DNA from: the human T2T-CHM13v2.0 reference genome, Homo sapiens
NCBI RefSeq assembly: GCF_009914755.1
Contig: NC_060937.1
Direction: 5' to 3' (one strand)
Length of the DNA: 64,000 nucleotides
Shown: positions 13,431 to 27,419 of the stretch, one piece after another
Position numbering within the stretch: position 1 is the stretch's first letter
Layout of the letters: every line of letters starts with the position of its first letter
Position numbers and translations under genes: made by a program
Notes under the pieces: generated by a model
Databases searched by the model: none
What the model was told of the DNA's origin: nothing
The model's input: the letters and a program-made list of their open reading frames with translations, nothing else

Positions 13431-14269
13431 TAACTGCCACTTGTGATTAACAGGCCAAAGGGAAATGGGGAGAATATTCTAAACACAGGGAGAAGCCATG
13501 GCCAAATTATGCAGAAGGAAGAAAGAAGAATGTTTCTTTCTTCCTTCTGGATAAGAAGAGAATTACATATTTAGGTCAACTTGGATGAGGCGGGGGGTGC
13601 TGTATAAAAAAGAAGAAACTAATGAGAAGTTAAATTGAAAAAACCTCGACTTCAAAATGTATTTAAATTATTTTGATAAGCAATGCTCCTTGAATGTGTC
13701 TTCATTTTGCTGAATTTCAATACAGAGTAAGTGGTGTTATAGCAAGTGTTCATTTTATGAATACATATTTTAATGCTTGCCCTCTCCCTTTTATGAGACA
13801 ATTATTGTTTGATTATCTGGAAAAATGGTATGCTATTGTTCTTGCTACATTAAAAGAAAAACTTAAACATTCGTCTTGTTAAAATATAATTCACAGTTTG
13901 CCATTTATTTCTTTTATTCATTTTATTGCTACTGCTACAAATAACATTGAAGTTAACAATGTTTTTCATTTTTTTTGAGAAATTCTTTAGGAAAAGTTAT
14001 TCTATTCAATCTCAGAGGGTAGAATAATGGCTTGTTTTTTCTCTGAATGCCTTTGTCTAACATAGGAAACATGAAAGAAGCACAAATGAGTTGATTGTCT
14101 TGGTACCCATTTTAGGAAGCTCGTTATTAGTAAATTCATTATTATAGAGGAATTTCAAAAGAAAAAAATAGGGTATTTGAGGGTCACTTAATTAAATAAA
14201 TGGATCTTGGTAATTAGACTTTTTTGGAAAGATAATGTATTTGTCAGATGTATTTAGATGAGTTTATTT

Positions 14270-14560
14270 AATAAATATCCCCAGGAGATGTTAGTTCCTC
14301 TTGTATTTAATCATGATGGGTTTCTATACATATCCTGAGGATATTAGGGAATTTCCTGTTATGTTAATGGGCTGCTCCAAATTTTCTTAGTTTCAGAACT
14401 GACAGAGATCTCATCCCAGCCTTAATGACTATTTAAAGAATACTGACTGGAGTAGGTGATTAGCAACAGGAAATAGGATTTAGGTAATTGAAATTTATCT
14501 TGGGTCAAAAGAGATGGAAAGGAGAGAAGATTGCAAGATCTAACAGTTTTTAACTTGCTA
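14270..14560 (+). mobile_element. Ancient LINE reverse-transcriptase remnant (L3/CR1 or L4-like)
   Basis: From 14279 it translates as PQEMLVPLVFN, resembling the RT motif PQGSVLGPLLFN; heavily degenerate. Confidence 0.4.
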
Positions 14561-15685
14561 TTGGAAATAAAAAACTGAAAAGAGATATCTCTGCTCTTAA
14601 TCAGTGTTATGACTTTGCTTCACTTAAATCTCCATTTTAACCTACAGTTTTTAATACTAGCTCACGTAGGCAAGGCAATTTCATTGTGCTTTCAAAGTGG
14701 GCCAGTCACCATAAACCAGTGAAAGTCCTGGAACTTATAAAATGAATTGGAAGAAGGTATTGACATGGTCATGCATCGAGCAATTCATCCATAGCATGTA
14801 ATCACATGTGGCATTTTTCAGCGGAACACCAATTATCTAAAAACATGTAAAGCAAACAAATACGTTTTGTTTTCATATATATATAGATAGATAGATAGAT
14901 ATACATAGTTATAACTCAAATTGCAGGGCTAAACTTTGACCAATGCAGTGACAATATAAAATTTATATGAGCCAAAAGTGGAAGATAAAACACAAGAAAG
15001 TAATAAGGTTTTTATTATAAGTGTGGATGGTAACATGTTGAGAATAAGTTCAGACTAGAATCAAATCAAATCGAATTCAAATAAGACAATGCATGTAAAA
15101 CCACTGGATGCGCTCTACAGCCTTTGCAAACGTGCATTAAATGTCTTCAGTCTTGTTCAGGTTCAAGTAGGCACATATAAATAGACAAAATAATACATGA
15201 GAAACCATCATTACTTTTATTTCTCAAATTCAATCATTCAGATCCTTTGATGATCATTCTGGTAAGATGAGAGGTAGGACACAGAATTTCTATAGCAACT
15301 GAAGTAATAAAAAGAGCAATTCAAGGGCTTTTCTCATGTGCTGCCATTGAGATAATTTGAAGGAAAAGTACAGGCTAAAAGGACTCAAGGTGGGATTTTC
15401 CAGCAAAATGCAGAAATAGAGATGGCCAACTGCAGGCAGGATGTAGTAATGGAACAAGTAGAATTTCAGGTGTGTGTCAGACCTTTTTAAATCCTCCTAC
15501 CCTGCTTGCGGGCAATGACCTTGATAGAATATTTAATCTCTCGCAGCTCAGTTTCTTAATCTCTACAAAACCAAAGTGACATTGTGGCAAACAGAGAACA
15601 CAAGTTAGCATTTTCGTCTTTTGTTAAGCCTGCCCATTATATCACATATGACCACCAGAAAACATCTATTAATGGAGCTAAACTG

Positions 15686-16032
15686 TGTATGAGACATACT
15701 GCAATACAATTCTTAGCAGTCTCCCAAAGTTGGAAAAATAGGAAAATACATTTAGGAAGGTTCAGGGTCTGGGCTGGGTAACTTTAAGGCAGATAAATGC
15801 TAGAAATGGGCAGGGTTTACTTTGATTGCTAAACTTAGCTGTGAGACGATCTTGAAGGGAGTCTTCAGGAGCAAACTGTTAGTCTTGATAATAAGTTGTT
15901 TAGGTCTTTCCTAGTCTTATCTTTCAGGAGCCAGTAATTCTGAAGCATGCAGATAAGGTATTATTGCTTGGTCCCAGCATTGTTTAACATAGGGACAGAG
16001 AATCAGGTTGGGCTTCAATTATTGAGTCTCAC
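15686..16032 (-). mobile_element. ERV1-class LTR fragment (family uncertain)
   Basis: LTR-like composition ending GAGTCTCACA; general resemblance only. Confidence 0.4.
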
Positions 16033-16229
16033 ATAGCATTTTTGCCTTCAACAATATAGTATCTTTTCTAAAAAATTATTTTTGTTACCTAATTGCATTA
16101 AAATGTGACTCCATATTAAATTAACTTACAGTATGTAATATATACAGGGACTTCTTATTCCTTATTTTAAAGCAAAAGCTTTCTATAATTCTGCAATGCA
16201 CTCTTGAAACTATGTAATAGTTTTACAGT

Positions 16230-16560
16230 TTTTATGATTTCTATTTCTATTGTTTTTAACCTTAATTTATTCCTTCTAATGTCCTTTTTTACATTTTGTA
16301 ATTTCTTGTGTTGAGTGATTAAAGATTTTAATTATTTTTGTTTATTATCATAACAATAGATTTATTTATGATAGATTTTTCCTGTGAGCACTGATTTAGC
16401 TGTATCCATAAGTTCTTCATGAATTGTATTTTGCAGATTGTCAGCAATTTGATTCCTTATGACCCAAAATGTCTTTAAAGAGTTGTTAAATTTTCCTTTG
16501 GCATACTAGTATTTCTTTAACTTTTGTTGCTCATATTTATTTTCATTTTTAGCTTAAATT
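16230..16560 (-). mobile_element. Old L1M fragment
   Basis: TTTCCTGTGAGCACTGATTTAGCTGTATCCATAAGTT antisense ORF2 motif. Confidence 0.65.
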
Positions 16561-16574
16561 ATACCCATGGTTTG

Positions 16575-16940
16575 GAAGAGACCAGGAGTGAACCTTCAAA
16601 CCCAAACTGGTCCAGTTAATTAGTTCCTTTCTTGAGGAAAGCAGGAACTGGACTAGGGAATTTTTCAATGAAACAAAGAATGACTTAAACAAGGAATAGG
16701 AAACTCAGAAAGACTGGCATTAATTGAACTTATACACAGAAGGAGAGAACAAATATATGCATGGAAAATATCTATTGGTTACCTTTAGCTCTCTAGTCTC
16801 CAGCCTAGGCTGTTCTTGGGGCCAAACTAAAACTCTGACTTTGGATTTCATGAAACTCCTCTGCAGCACCATAAATACAGGTCCCATTTTACTTACACTG
16901 GCCTCAGGAGAGTTCCCTTAATTTCAGCCTGAAAAGACCA
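16575..16940 (+). mobile_element. Old ERVL LTR (LTR33-like) fragment
   Basis: CCCAAACTGGTCCAGTTA and 3' CCCATTTTACTTACACTGGCC motifs. Confidence 0.4.
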
Positions 16941-17029
16941 ATAAATATACAGTGGAAATATTTCTGTTGTAATAATAATTAACAGTCCAGCAGATAAAAT
17001 AAAACCTGGGCCAAATTGAAGATATCACG

Positions 17030-17590
17030 TAGAACTGGCATTCAAAAAAGAATTTCAGGGTTGTAAGAAATTCTGTGAATAAAACTTTTCAGCAAGACAT
17101 TTAAATCTAGAAAATTAACCTAAGAAAATCAAGGATAAGTAAAAAACATATATACAATTAGTTTATAGTCACATTATTTATCATTGTAAAGAACGTCCCA
17201 AAATTGGAAATCATCTACATGTTCAATATTATGGAATTCATCAAATATTATAAATTACTTGATGTTTCCATAATTTTAAAAAGTTTCAATGATTAAATTT
17301 TATGCAGATCTACCCACCTAAATATGGAAGAATTTCTGTGAGTTATCAAAGGAAATAATGCAAATTATTTTGTAAACGTTCCCATTTTTACAAGAAAGGC
17401 TGTGTGTGCACACACTTGCATATGTGAACTGAAAAATATTGGATGGATATACAGCAATGTGTTATGAGTTATTATTCCCTGGTTGGTGGACTAAAGGTAA
17501 TTTTATTAGCATTTTTCAAAATTGGTATTATTTATAGTAAACATACACTATGTAATTATAAGAAATAACCTATTTAATCTTAAGAAAAAA
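17030..17590 (+). mobile_element. L1ME 3' fragment
   Basis: AAATTGGAAATCATCTACATGTTCAAT and downstream 3' UTR-like text. Confidence 0.6.
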
Positions 17591-17949
17591 GAAAGGAATG
17601 TATGTGACCAAAGAAAATGTTTTATGTTGAGAAGGCCATAAAAACTCAGGCATTATGAGATAAATAGGAAATGAAGTCAAAGGTCAAATCTTGAGGCACT
17701 GGGAAAGGCCTCATTGCCAGGTAATAAGAAAGAACTACTAAGGATCAGGTTATTTCTCTCTTAGTAACTGCTCTAGACAAGTAAGTAGGGAAGTCTGGTA
17801 AAGGGTAGAAAAAGAAGTTCATGTTTGATAAATAGATTTTTATTATTGAAGATCCTGAGGAAAATGTTTAGATTTTCTTCCTTGAAAAAAAAAATGATAT
17901 GAATGCTTTGCAGTGTTGTCTTAGCAATTTACATCACTTTAAATTAACT

Positions 17950-18602
17950 CAGCAAGTCATCCTTTGCCCTGTGCAAATCTTCCAGGCGTCCTTTTGTATT
18001 TCCTTTGCCCTTTTCTTGGCCCTGTTCTATGTTGTATTGTTCCAATAGGAACCAAAGCAAGGGCCTCCTGAGTCCTCCAGCTTGTTATTTGGCTGATCAG
18101 AGGCCTGGCAGGAAAGGGAAGGAAGGCAGAACGTGAGACACAGTGTCCACTCCCCTGGCAGGCTTCCCACCAACTGAGGAAGACCCTGCTTCTCTTCACA
18201 CAGCATTTTTATGCTTCTTCTCCTTACCCCTTCCAATCTAAGCATGGACATTCAGCCCACCACCAGTTCTGCACTGATCCCTCATGGGTTCCTAACCCTC
18301 TGCCCTCACCTTACTAAATAGCCCTTTGATTAAAGTCTCCTCAAATTACCCAGTGTGTAACTAAAAGAGTATAACTGGATTGTTTGTAACACAAAGGATT
18401 AATGCTTGAGGGGATGAATACCCCATTCTCTATGATGCGATTATTATGCATTACATGCCTGTATCAAAACATCTCAAGTACCCCATAAATATATACACCT
18501 ACTATGTACCCACAAAAATTAAAAATTAAAAAAATTTTTAAATAATATAAAGTTACCCAGTGTGGTGGACCATCTGCTTCCTGCAATGCCCTCATCAATA
18601 CA
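17950..18602 (+). mobile_element. Old ERVL LTR (LTR41/LTR16-like) interrupted by L1MA
   Basis: ATTAAAGTCTCCTCAAATTACCCAG...CCATCTGCTTCCTGC...CAATACA 3' end. Confidence 0.55.
18358..18549 (+). mobile_element. L1MA1/2 3' end, severely 5'-truncated
   Basis: TAACTAAAAGAGTATAACTGGATTG...ACCTACTATGTACCCACAAAAATT plus A-rich tail; 15-bp TSD AAATTACCCAGTGTG/AAGTTACCCAGTGTG. Confidence 0.9.
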
Positions 18603-18739
18603 GATATTAATCTGTAAAACAGATGAACAGGATCTACTGCCCTGTTCTTTGTACAAAATAACTTCATTAAATAATATTTCATCAGCTTCATGATTGCTCG
18701 TGGAATGTAAATAGAACAGACCTGCAGCGGACCTTGTCA

Positions 18740-19207
18740 GTATTCTGCCTGTAACTCTCACATCTCTTTGCTTATGTCTTTCATTTTTATTCTCTGAGGC
18801 AGCACGTGCTCTCTTTGTTGGAGGCCTACCTCCATCTGCCAGAACCCTCTGACTACACACAGGAAAAAGCAAACATGCCTAGAAACGTACATATCCCCAT
18901 CATGACTGATGGTGCAGTTGTAAATACTTCAGCACCCTCATCCCTGATGGGAACAAATCTAAGAAGTGACAGGCCTTATCTCCACATCCTCTTTACTGGA
19001 TTGAGCCACAGATGTTTTCCATGAAGTCTAACTATATAATGCAAGCTTGTTTGGATTTCTTCCCTTTCCTTCACTTCCTTTCCCATCTCTGTTTCAGGTC
19101 CCCGCCCATCTATGTGTTTTTCCTGGATATATTTCCTAATAAACCAACCATGTTCACCCAAATCCTCGTCTCAGGGTCTGCTTCAGAGCAGCCCCAATCG
19201 AAGTCAG
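18740..19207 (+). mobile_element. LTR16-family ERVL LTR
   Basis: CCTAATAAAC...CCCAAATCCTCGTCTCAGGGTCTGCTTC 3' signature. Confidence 0.75.
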
Positions 19208-19749
19208 GAATCATATGACATACATTTGAAAATAGTTTTTTTAACATAAAATGATAGCAAAAATAAAAAATCTCTTATAACCGTTGCAAAAGACTAGACA
19301 TGTCTAAAAGTAATCCATGTCAGATAAATTTAGTTTTTTGATCAATTGTGATTTAATATAATTAATTTTGGGCCTGGTATCAATTTTCTAAAAAGCACTG
19401 CTCTGGGAAAAAGTGAAAGCAAATCCCTTTCTCTGACATATTTTTAATGTTGAGATATTAGATTCTAAGACACAGACTCTATGGACTCTAATGAGATCAC
19501 ATTACCCATTGCTAGTGGGTGTGGCACTGACAGGGATAAGGAGGTAGCATCCTGCTGGCCTTTCAGAGACCTGTGAAGAAAGTAGTAGGTGCTCAGTGAA
19601 CTAGTTACACTTTGAGAGGTCTTCTGATAATCATTTGTCCACTTCCAGGGGGCTTTCAAACCTGATTCATCTTCAACCTCACCAGGGGAATACAGGCCTC
19701 TTTGTAAAATCAGAGTAATGGATGGAAAAGAGACCAAAAAGACACGGTT

Positions 19750-19910
19750 CATTATCTTCCTATTTCAGCCTTTACTTTGACAAATGAGGTGACCAAGCCC
19801 AAGCGTGTAGGAGGTTTACACAAAACCATTCAGCTGGTTAGTGGAAGGGCAGGGACTTAGATCCATGGGTCCAACGTTCTAGCTAAGTGAGTTTCTTCGG
19901 CTGATACTAC
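19750..19910 (-). mobile_element. MIR SINE
   Basis: TTTGACAAATGAGGTGACCAAGCCCAAG...CAGCTGGTTAGTGG. Confidence 0.6.
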
Positions 19911-20319
19911 TGATTCCGCTTTTGAATTATTCAAATATCCTTCAAGATTCTGAGAGAAATGCAAATTTAATCTTTCACCACTTTTTTTTCTCAGATAATT
20001 ATTGCCATTATATCAGAAAGTTAAGTGATGATTTTATCAATTACCAAAGTTGATTGAGGTTGGTTATTTGTGAAGTCATTAGAAAGCTTACCTTATCCGT
20101 TATGAACCTGACTTTAAGATGAGGGATGGGGGATGTGGATCACCCTTGTTTTTCTCGCAGAAGGGCTGAGGTGTCACCATCCTACTTCTAGAAAGGGAGC
20201 CACGTGTCACCAACAAATCAACAGTATTAAGGAGAACGTTTGACATAAAAAGTCATGTTTTATAACAAAAATGTAGAACATTTATTCAAGTCAACAAAAG
20301 AAACAAAATATTGAAACAG

Positions 20320-20900
20320 TTAATGTCTTCTCTAATCATTTCTTTTTGTTCATTTACAGAGTAGTAACGATTATTTTCTCTGTCTTAATTTCTAAGCAAT
20401 TTCTCAATTTAGAATGAATTAACTGGAAGAATAGTTCGTTTTTTCTACACATACAGAAGACAGTACAGATGTAAATAACGTTTTCAACAAGATATCCTGA
20501 TAAATCCGTGGACCTAAATTATTTCCACTGGTACATCATTACTATATTTTTCAACATCTAATAAGCAAACATAAGATCTGAAAACGAGTTCTCCCTGCGT
20601 ACTTGCATCTATTACAATGAATATTGTGTGTGGTTTGGGTTTTGGCTGAGATAATTGTGAAATATTTACAAAATTCATTCTAAAACGTTTACATGCACGC
20701 TAGTGGCTTTTAATTAAAAGTAGGAATACAAAGCACATGATGGTCTCTTCACAGAGAAATGTCAATAAGAAAGTTTAAAGATATTTCATAAATACATTTA
20801 AAGGGTATCAAATTATGTTTGCACTTTTGATCAGTTTAAATAGCATACATATCTTAAATATAGGTTTTTAAGTCTTTTGTAAAGCTTCTTTTCTAGGAGA
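20320..20900 (-). mobile_element. hAT (Blackjack-like) transposase remnant
   Basis: Minus-strand frameshifted translation LFTSVLSSVCVEK.../QLIHSKLRNCLEIKTEKII resembles the hAT C-terminal dimerisation motif SSAxVERxFS..IHSKLRNRL. Confidence 0.65.
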
Positions 20901-21259
20901 GGAGAGGCCCCTATCAATAGAAGATTTTTAATCATCTATAAATTAAAAAGCAGAAATGTTACACTGTCCTGTAAAAACCTACACGTTCTATTTCTGTAAA
21001 ATTTGCTTCTACTTACATGCAAAACTAGCATTATTTGTCAGAAGAGATTATGGAAGAAATAATTAATTTTGAGAAAAAACTATTAGTGTGAACAAAATAA
21101 TGCTACTTAAAAAGCAATTGCTTCATAATTAGAATCATTCTGCACAAATCTAATTCACATTTGTTGTTTTTATTACATGTATACACAAAATTATCTTTGA
21201 AATGGACCACTTATCATCTCTTCCAACATTAAGCCAACCAGCAGACTTGAGCCTAATGT

Positions 21260-21470
21260 GAGAATTCAAACCAAATTCACCTCTCACCAGCTGTGTGACC
21301 TGGGGCAGGTTACATAACCCCTCAGTTTTTCTCATCTGTAGAATGGATACGTTAATGAGAGTAATTACATCATAGCATTGCTGTGAGGGTTAAAATGAAT
21401 CAATATAAAGAAATATTAGGAAGAATGCCTAGCACAGAGTGACATTATATATGTTTTTACTACTATTGTT
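21260..21470 (+). mobile_element. MIRb SINE
   Basis: AGCTGTGTGACCTGGGGCAGGTTACATAACCCCTCAGTTTTTCTCATCTGTAGAATGG. Confidence 0.85.
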
Positions 21471-21833
21471 ATTCCCAGTCCATAGGAGGCACTCAGTAAA
21501 TATCTGTTAAATTAAATGCCTCTGCCAAATAAAACAACACAAAGCAGCCTCGATAAGATAATGTGATACAAATTATTCTCACATTTATTAAATACATAAT
21601 TTCTAAGACAGAAATTCAGAAACTCTGTTCCAGAAACTGGTATTTACAAGGCCAGGAACCGTTTGTGCAGTGTTATCTGTAGGTCTCTGAGAACACCATA
21701 TCCCTCCCACAAACTGTTCTAGGGCCCGAAGCCCAACCAATACTCCCTTGGCTAAATCTTTGAAAGTCCTTTTAAAAGGCAATTTTTAAAAAGCAGAAGA
21801 GGTGGTGTTACATATTAAAACATAGCCATTTAG

Positions 21834-22448
<615 letters not shown>

Positions 22449-23647
22449 CACCTAGCCATTTAGAACAAGGTGAGGTATATTTGAATACCTACTGATACTT
22501 TAGTCGTACAGTTTATTAGATTAGTCAACTAGTTTTAGACACATTCTGTGGGATGATATCAGTGAAAGAACAAGCATACTAATGGGAGAGTTCTGGAAGG
22601 ACTCTGTTATAAGGTGGGAGGAATAAATTGCCTGTTTAATTTTTTTCAGAGGCTAGTACACCTCTGTCATCTTAAAATGCCATCAATATTAGTTTAAACA
22701 AGAATTTTCAACCTCAGCATGTATGTGGTAGTGTGTCTAGCTTTTGAAGCCACTGACAAAAAGATCTGATAATGTTCCATGTTATGACACTTCCATTATC
22801 TCACAAAATACTTTCTTGCTTTAAAAAAAAGAAAAAAAAAGGGGTTCCAGACTTCAAAGCAAAAGCTTGTCTCCACCTAACACCGAAGGTTTCATTTATA
22901 CTGTGTGCTGAGTACAAATTGCAGTGCAAAGTCAGTCTGGATCTGTCAGTGACACAATTAGGAAACCTGGCATAGGGTTACCAGGGCAGAGACTGCTGCT
23001 ATGTAAATTTAACCTGCTACATTCAAAGGTGGAGGAGGAACTTAGAAACCACTGTTGTTCTGTAAGAAGCAAACGGCACCGATTTTTAGTACACACCTAC
23101 TGAACTAATTCCAGAAAGTTCACAATCCCTCAGTATTACTTTGAGTTCCAGGATCTGGGTTAATATACTCAGGGCATGTGTTATAGCAGGGAATGAAGGT
23201 TGGAATATACGTAGTATCCCATCTGATACTTCCATGGATTACCATTACTTATATTTGGAGTGGTGGATCCATAATTAGCATTCTTCTCCTTCCTTCCCAA
23301 GATCAGATATGGTAGACACAGGAGTCGGATTGATGGAAACTAATGCGCCAGCTCTCTTACTGGAAGAAGCTAGCTCAGGGGACACATGGCAGGTGTGCTG
23401 ACAGATGGCTTGCTGACACTCATGCGAATTTAACTTTCACACACACCCCCAACCCCAAGACATGGCAAGAAGCAAAGTCAACTCTATCAGTTATGGAAGA
23501 GAGCAGACCACAGTTAATTTTCACTGCAGGTAGACAGTTTCCACCTCCCTCTGCCCTCAAGAACAAAAAGGAAAAAAATAAGTCAAACACACCAGTTCTG
23601 TCTTTCACTAATGAATTAGAAAACTCATCTCTCTTCATTTTGCTCTA

Positions 23648-23833
23648 GCATGTGGTTTTCAGCTGGGGTGCAGACAGACTCCACAGGAGACTTGAAGAAA
23701 TGCAAGGAGATGCTCCTGGCATTTAGTAGGTGTGTGCTAGAGTTGCCAAACATCCTGCAAAGCACACTACAGTCCCAGCCAATGAAGAACTCTATTGCCT
23801 AAAAGACAATAACACTCCTGTTGAGAGCACTTC
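23648..23833 (-). mobile_element. MER20-related hAT-Charlie element
   Basis: GATGCTCCTGGCATTTAGTAGG...GCCAAACATCCTGCAA...GTTGAGAGCACT. Confidence 0.65.
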
Positions 23834-23947
23834 TGGGGATCTTTCCACAGGAAAACATGAGGAAAAAGGAATGCATCACCCTAGCAGTATCGTAGGTGGG
23901 CATGTGTGTGTGCACGTGCAAGTCTGCACCTATGGGGACACAGCTAA

Positions 23948-24277
<330 letters not shown>

Positions 24278-24289
24278 AAATTATTACTC

Positions 24290-24700
24290 TCTTTTTTAAA
24301 AAATTAAGGTATAATTTATATTCAATAATAGTCACTGTTTTTAGTAAACAATTCTGAAACAATTCTGAGACTTTACTACCACCAAGATATAGAACAATTC
24401 TATCTCCTCCAAAATTCGTCCATGACTTTTGAAGAAAATTCCTCCTACCCCAAACCCCTAGCCACTATTGATCTGCTTTATGTCCTCATAATTGTGCCTT
24501 TCCCAGAAGATCGTATAAATGGAATCATACTTTTGCATCTGGCTTCTTTCACTCAGCACAGCACATTGGAGATTCATTCATGTTGTTGCACATATCAATA
24601 ATTCATTTCTTTTTATTGCTGAGTAATACCCCATTGTGTGAAGGTACCCCAATTTCCTTATTCATTCCCTAGTTGAGAGGCCATTCATGTAAACTTCTAA
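24290..24700 (-). mobile_element. L1MB/L1MC 3' fragment
   Basis: ATAAATGGAATCATAC...TCTGGCTTCTTTCACTCAGCA...GAGATTCATTCATGTTGTTGCA. Confidence 0.85.
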
Positions 24701-24709
24701 CCTTTAGAG

Positions 24710-25035
24710 ATTTAGGTTGCAGATAAATATCTTTCAAGAAGCCATGTCCAAAACTGAACTTGCTGAATCTCTCTCCATATTCTCTCTCAACACCTTTGGG
24801 AAACCATTTTGATTCAGGTGATGTAACTCAGTGAACCCGGGTTTCTTGTACGTGCTACCATTCTATCATTTACTACACTGTGATTGCCAATTTCTCCCAA
24901 CAGGCTTGAATTCACTGAGGTAGGTGTAGTGTCTCATTTAATATTTTTTATCCAAGGCACAAGTACAAGGCTTGGAGCATATAGGGTGTTAATATTTATT
25001 GAATAAATCCTTGAGCAAATCAATGGCAAGTGAAT
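24710..25035 (+). mobile_element. L2 3' fragments
   Basis: CATGTCCAAAACTGAACT and terminal AATATTTATTGAATAAAT...GAATGAA. Confidence 0.6.
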
Positions 25036-25174
25036 GAAAGCACTCTTATATGTGTCTTATTTATGTATTTTTGAGCCAACAATATGTGCATCTGTGCAGG
25101 AGTCTACACTTGACTGTTGGTATCTAAGAGGAACTCAAAGTTCCCCTCTGCTTTTCTCTCTACACCCTACACAT

Positions 25175-25223
25175 GCACACACACACACACACACTCACAC
25201 ACACACACTCACACACACTCACA
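25175..25223. repeat. Interrupted (CA)n microsatellite
   Basis: CA runs interrupted by CT. Confidence 0.9.
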
Positions 25224-25789
25224 CCCAAGTAGAAATGTAGGCTCCTAAGTACGTGATTGTTTCTTTTGCAGCCACCTTATCCTCTAAGATTTATCAAGAA
25301 AAGATTTAAACAGAGACCAAGCCAGGTAGGCGTGGGTGCCTTATAATAACGTCATTATAGGCAAGAAATGTTGGCACAACCAGGGAACTCCATCCCGGGC
25401 TTGATGGCCCTTAATTAAATAAGTCAAGCTGTCTCCTCTGCTCCTCCCCTCTAAGCCCAAGTCCAAATCTCAGCTCTCTGAATCACAGTACTGAGATGGC
25501 AGGAAAAGATGGAAAAGCTAGCAAGAACATGCGGGTATGCCTCAAGCAGGGGCCAGGTCCCATCCAGAAACAGCCTCTGGGAGGCTCTTGCCTACCCTAC
25601 AGCTCTGGAGAGAGAGTGGAAAAAGTCAAAGGGACACCCAAAATGTTTATTTACCTCTGTCTTCACCACATGAAAACTGGACCCCTGAGAATTGTGGCCA
25701 GAAAACAGATCCTTGTACTTAACCCTGATAAAGGACTGAGAAGGAGACAGAGAGAAAGAAGCAAAAGGGAATCTTGAGTGCCATTTAGG

Positions 25790-26420
25790 GGTCAACAATC
25801 TAGTCTAACAATCTCATTTTGTAGATGAGAACAGCCTATGGTCAGAAAACTTCTTTAGAAATCAGAAAAGCTAAATTCTTGATCTCCTTCCATTGCTAAT
25901 TATTAGTAATGAGACGATCTTGAGCAAGTCATTTAACCTTCCTGAACTTCATTGAGGAAAAGTCCCATATTCCATGCTTACCCCATCGATGCGTTATCAA
26001 TGAAACAATATATTAAAAGTACTTTGAAATACGTATAATATTATCATGTTTAGAGTACTACTATAAACAACTCAATTGGGAGAGCACTTAGAAATATCAT
26101 AGATTCAAGGATAGACTATGCCTGGGACTGAAATCAGAAAACCTTGATTAAGCCTTGCCTTAGTTCTGTTACCAGCTGGTTCTGTGATAACCAAAAGGAA
26201 TCTTTCTCAGCCACTTATTTTTTTTCCAGGCATTATATAGGAACACACAAATTTCATATAAAACAGTGTAGAAAAATAAGTATTAGCTACATTTTATAGG
26301 ATAAGAAAATAAAACTTACAGTGGGTAAAAACTTTGCCCAGGAAACAAATTATAAATGTCAGCTTTGGGATTCAAATCTTGGTCCACTTGATATTAAGCT
26401 TGTATTCTTCCCATTACCAA
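25790..26420. mobile_element. Cluster of MIR fragments in both orientations
   Basis: CTCATTTTGTAGATGAGAAC, TTGAGCAAGTCATTTAACCTT, CATTTTATAGGATAAGAAAAT cores. Confidence 0.6.
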
Positions 26421-27419
26421 CATTTCTAGCTGCAGTTATTTTATCTGAAAAGTAAAAATGAGAGAAGATTTGAAAATCTACATTATCCTGTACAGGTCAG
26501 AAATATTCTAACTTTTAATGATTCTAATTTTAAATTTTATATTTCTCTCTTATATCTTCTTAATTACAGAAATTTTTTATTTTGCCCTTCTACTCATCAT
26601 CTCAGTTCCTGATTTTATAACCATGTGTTACAGAAATTGTTCTAACTCAGTAAAGTGAGATATAAGTAGTTTAAGCTACTGCCTTCATCTTTGCTCACCT
26701 AACACTTTAAAATATTTTGAAATTTAATGTAGTTTGTTTGGTTTATATCTAAAATTTTTCAAATGAGTTTAGGTAAATAACATAAACATATTATTAAATC
26801 TGTAAGACATGAAAGTAACATTTTATTGCAAATGTATCTCCTAAAGAAACTCGTGAGCATTTTTTTAAGTTAGTTCATGTCTCACTGAATGAATATGACC
26901 AATAACTAGAATGAGGCAATACATTAACTGTAAAGAAAAAAAAAAGAATAAAAAAAGTCCAATTTTCTCTCTAAGAGATATATTTGCAATAAAATTTTAC
27001 TTTCCTGTTAAATACCGATTTATAGATTTTAGAATGTATTTGTGTTGTTTACTTAAACTTCTTTTTAAATTTTTTAATGTCAACCAAAAAGAACTACAAG
27101 AGCTCATAATAAGTAGGTGGCAATAGAGGGGATTTTGAAAACAATGTCACTTACTTTGTAAATTTCTTCTGAATGTTATACCAAAATTGTGATATATTAT
27201 CAGGAATGATTTTAATAGTATGTCAATTAATAACTCAAATATTTTGTTTTTAATCATGTTGAAAGCAAATTTTGAAACCACCTGACCTGCAAAAGAATAT
27301 GTTGCCCAGAATTTACTTTCTCAATATCTGAGAAGTATCCTAGAAAAGCTTTACCAAGACTTAGCAAGTGGTTCTTCTTTATAATGGTAGCTCTTTCACC
27401 TGGGGACACCTTTTTTTAA

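Noticed and set aside
19296-19305. p53 half-site AGACATGTCT (another near 46776)
   Set aside because: No adjacent second half-site
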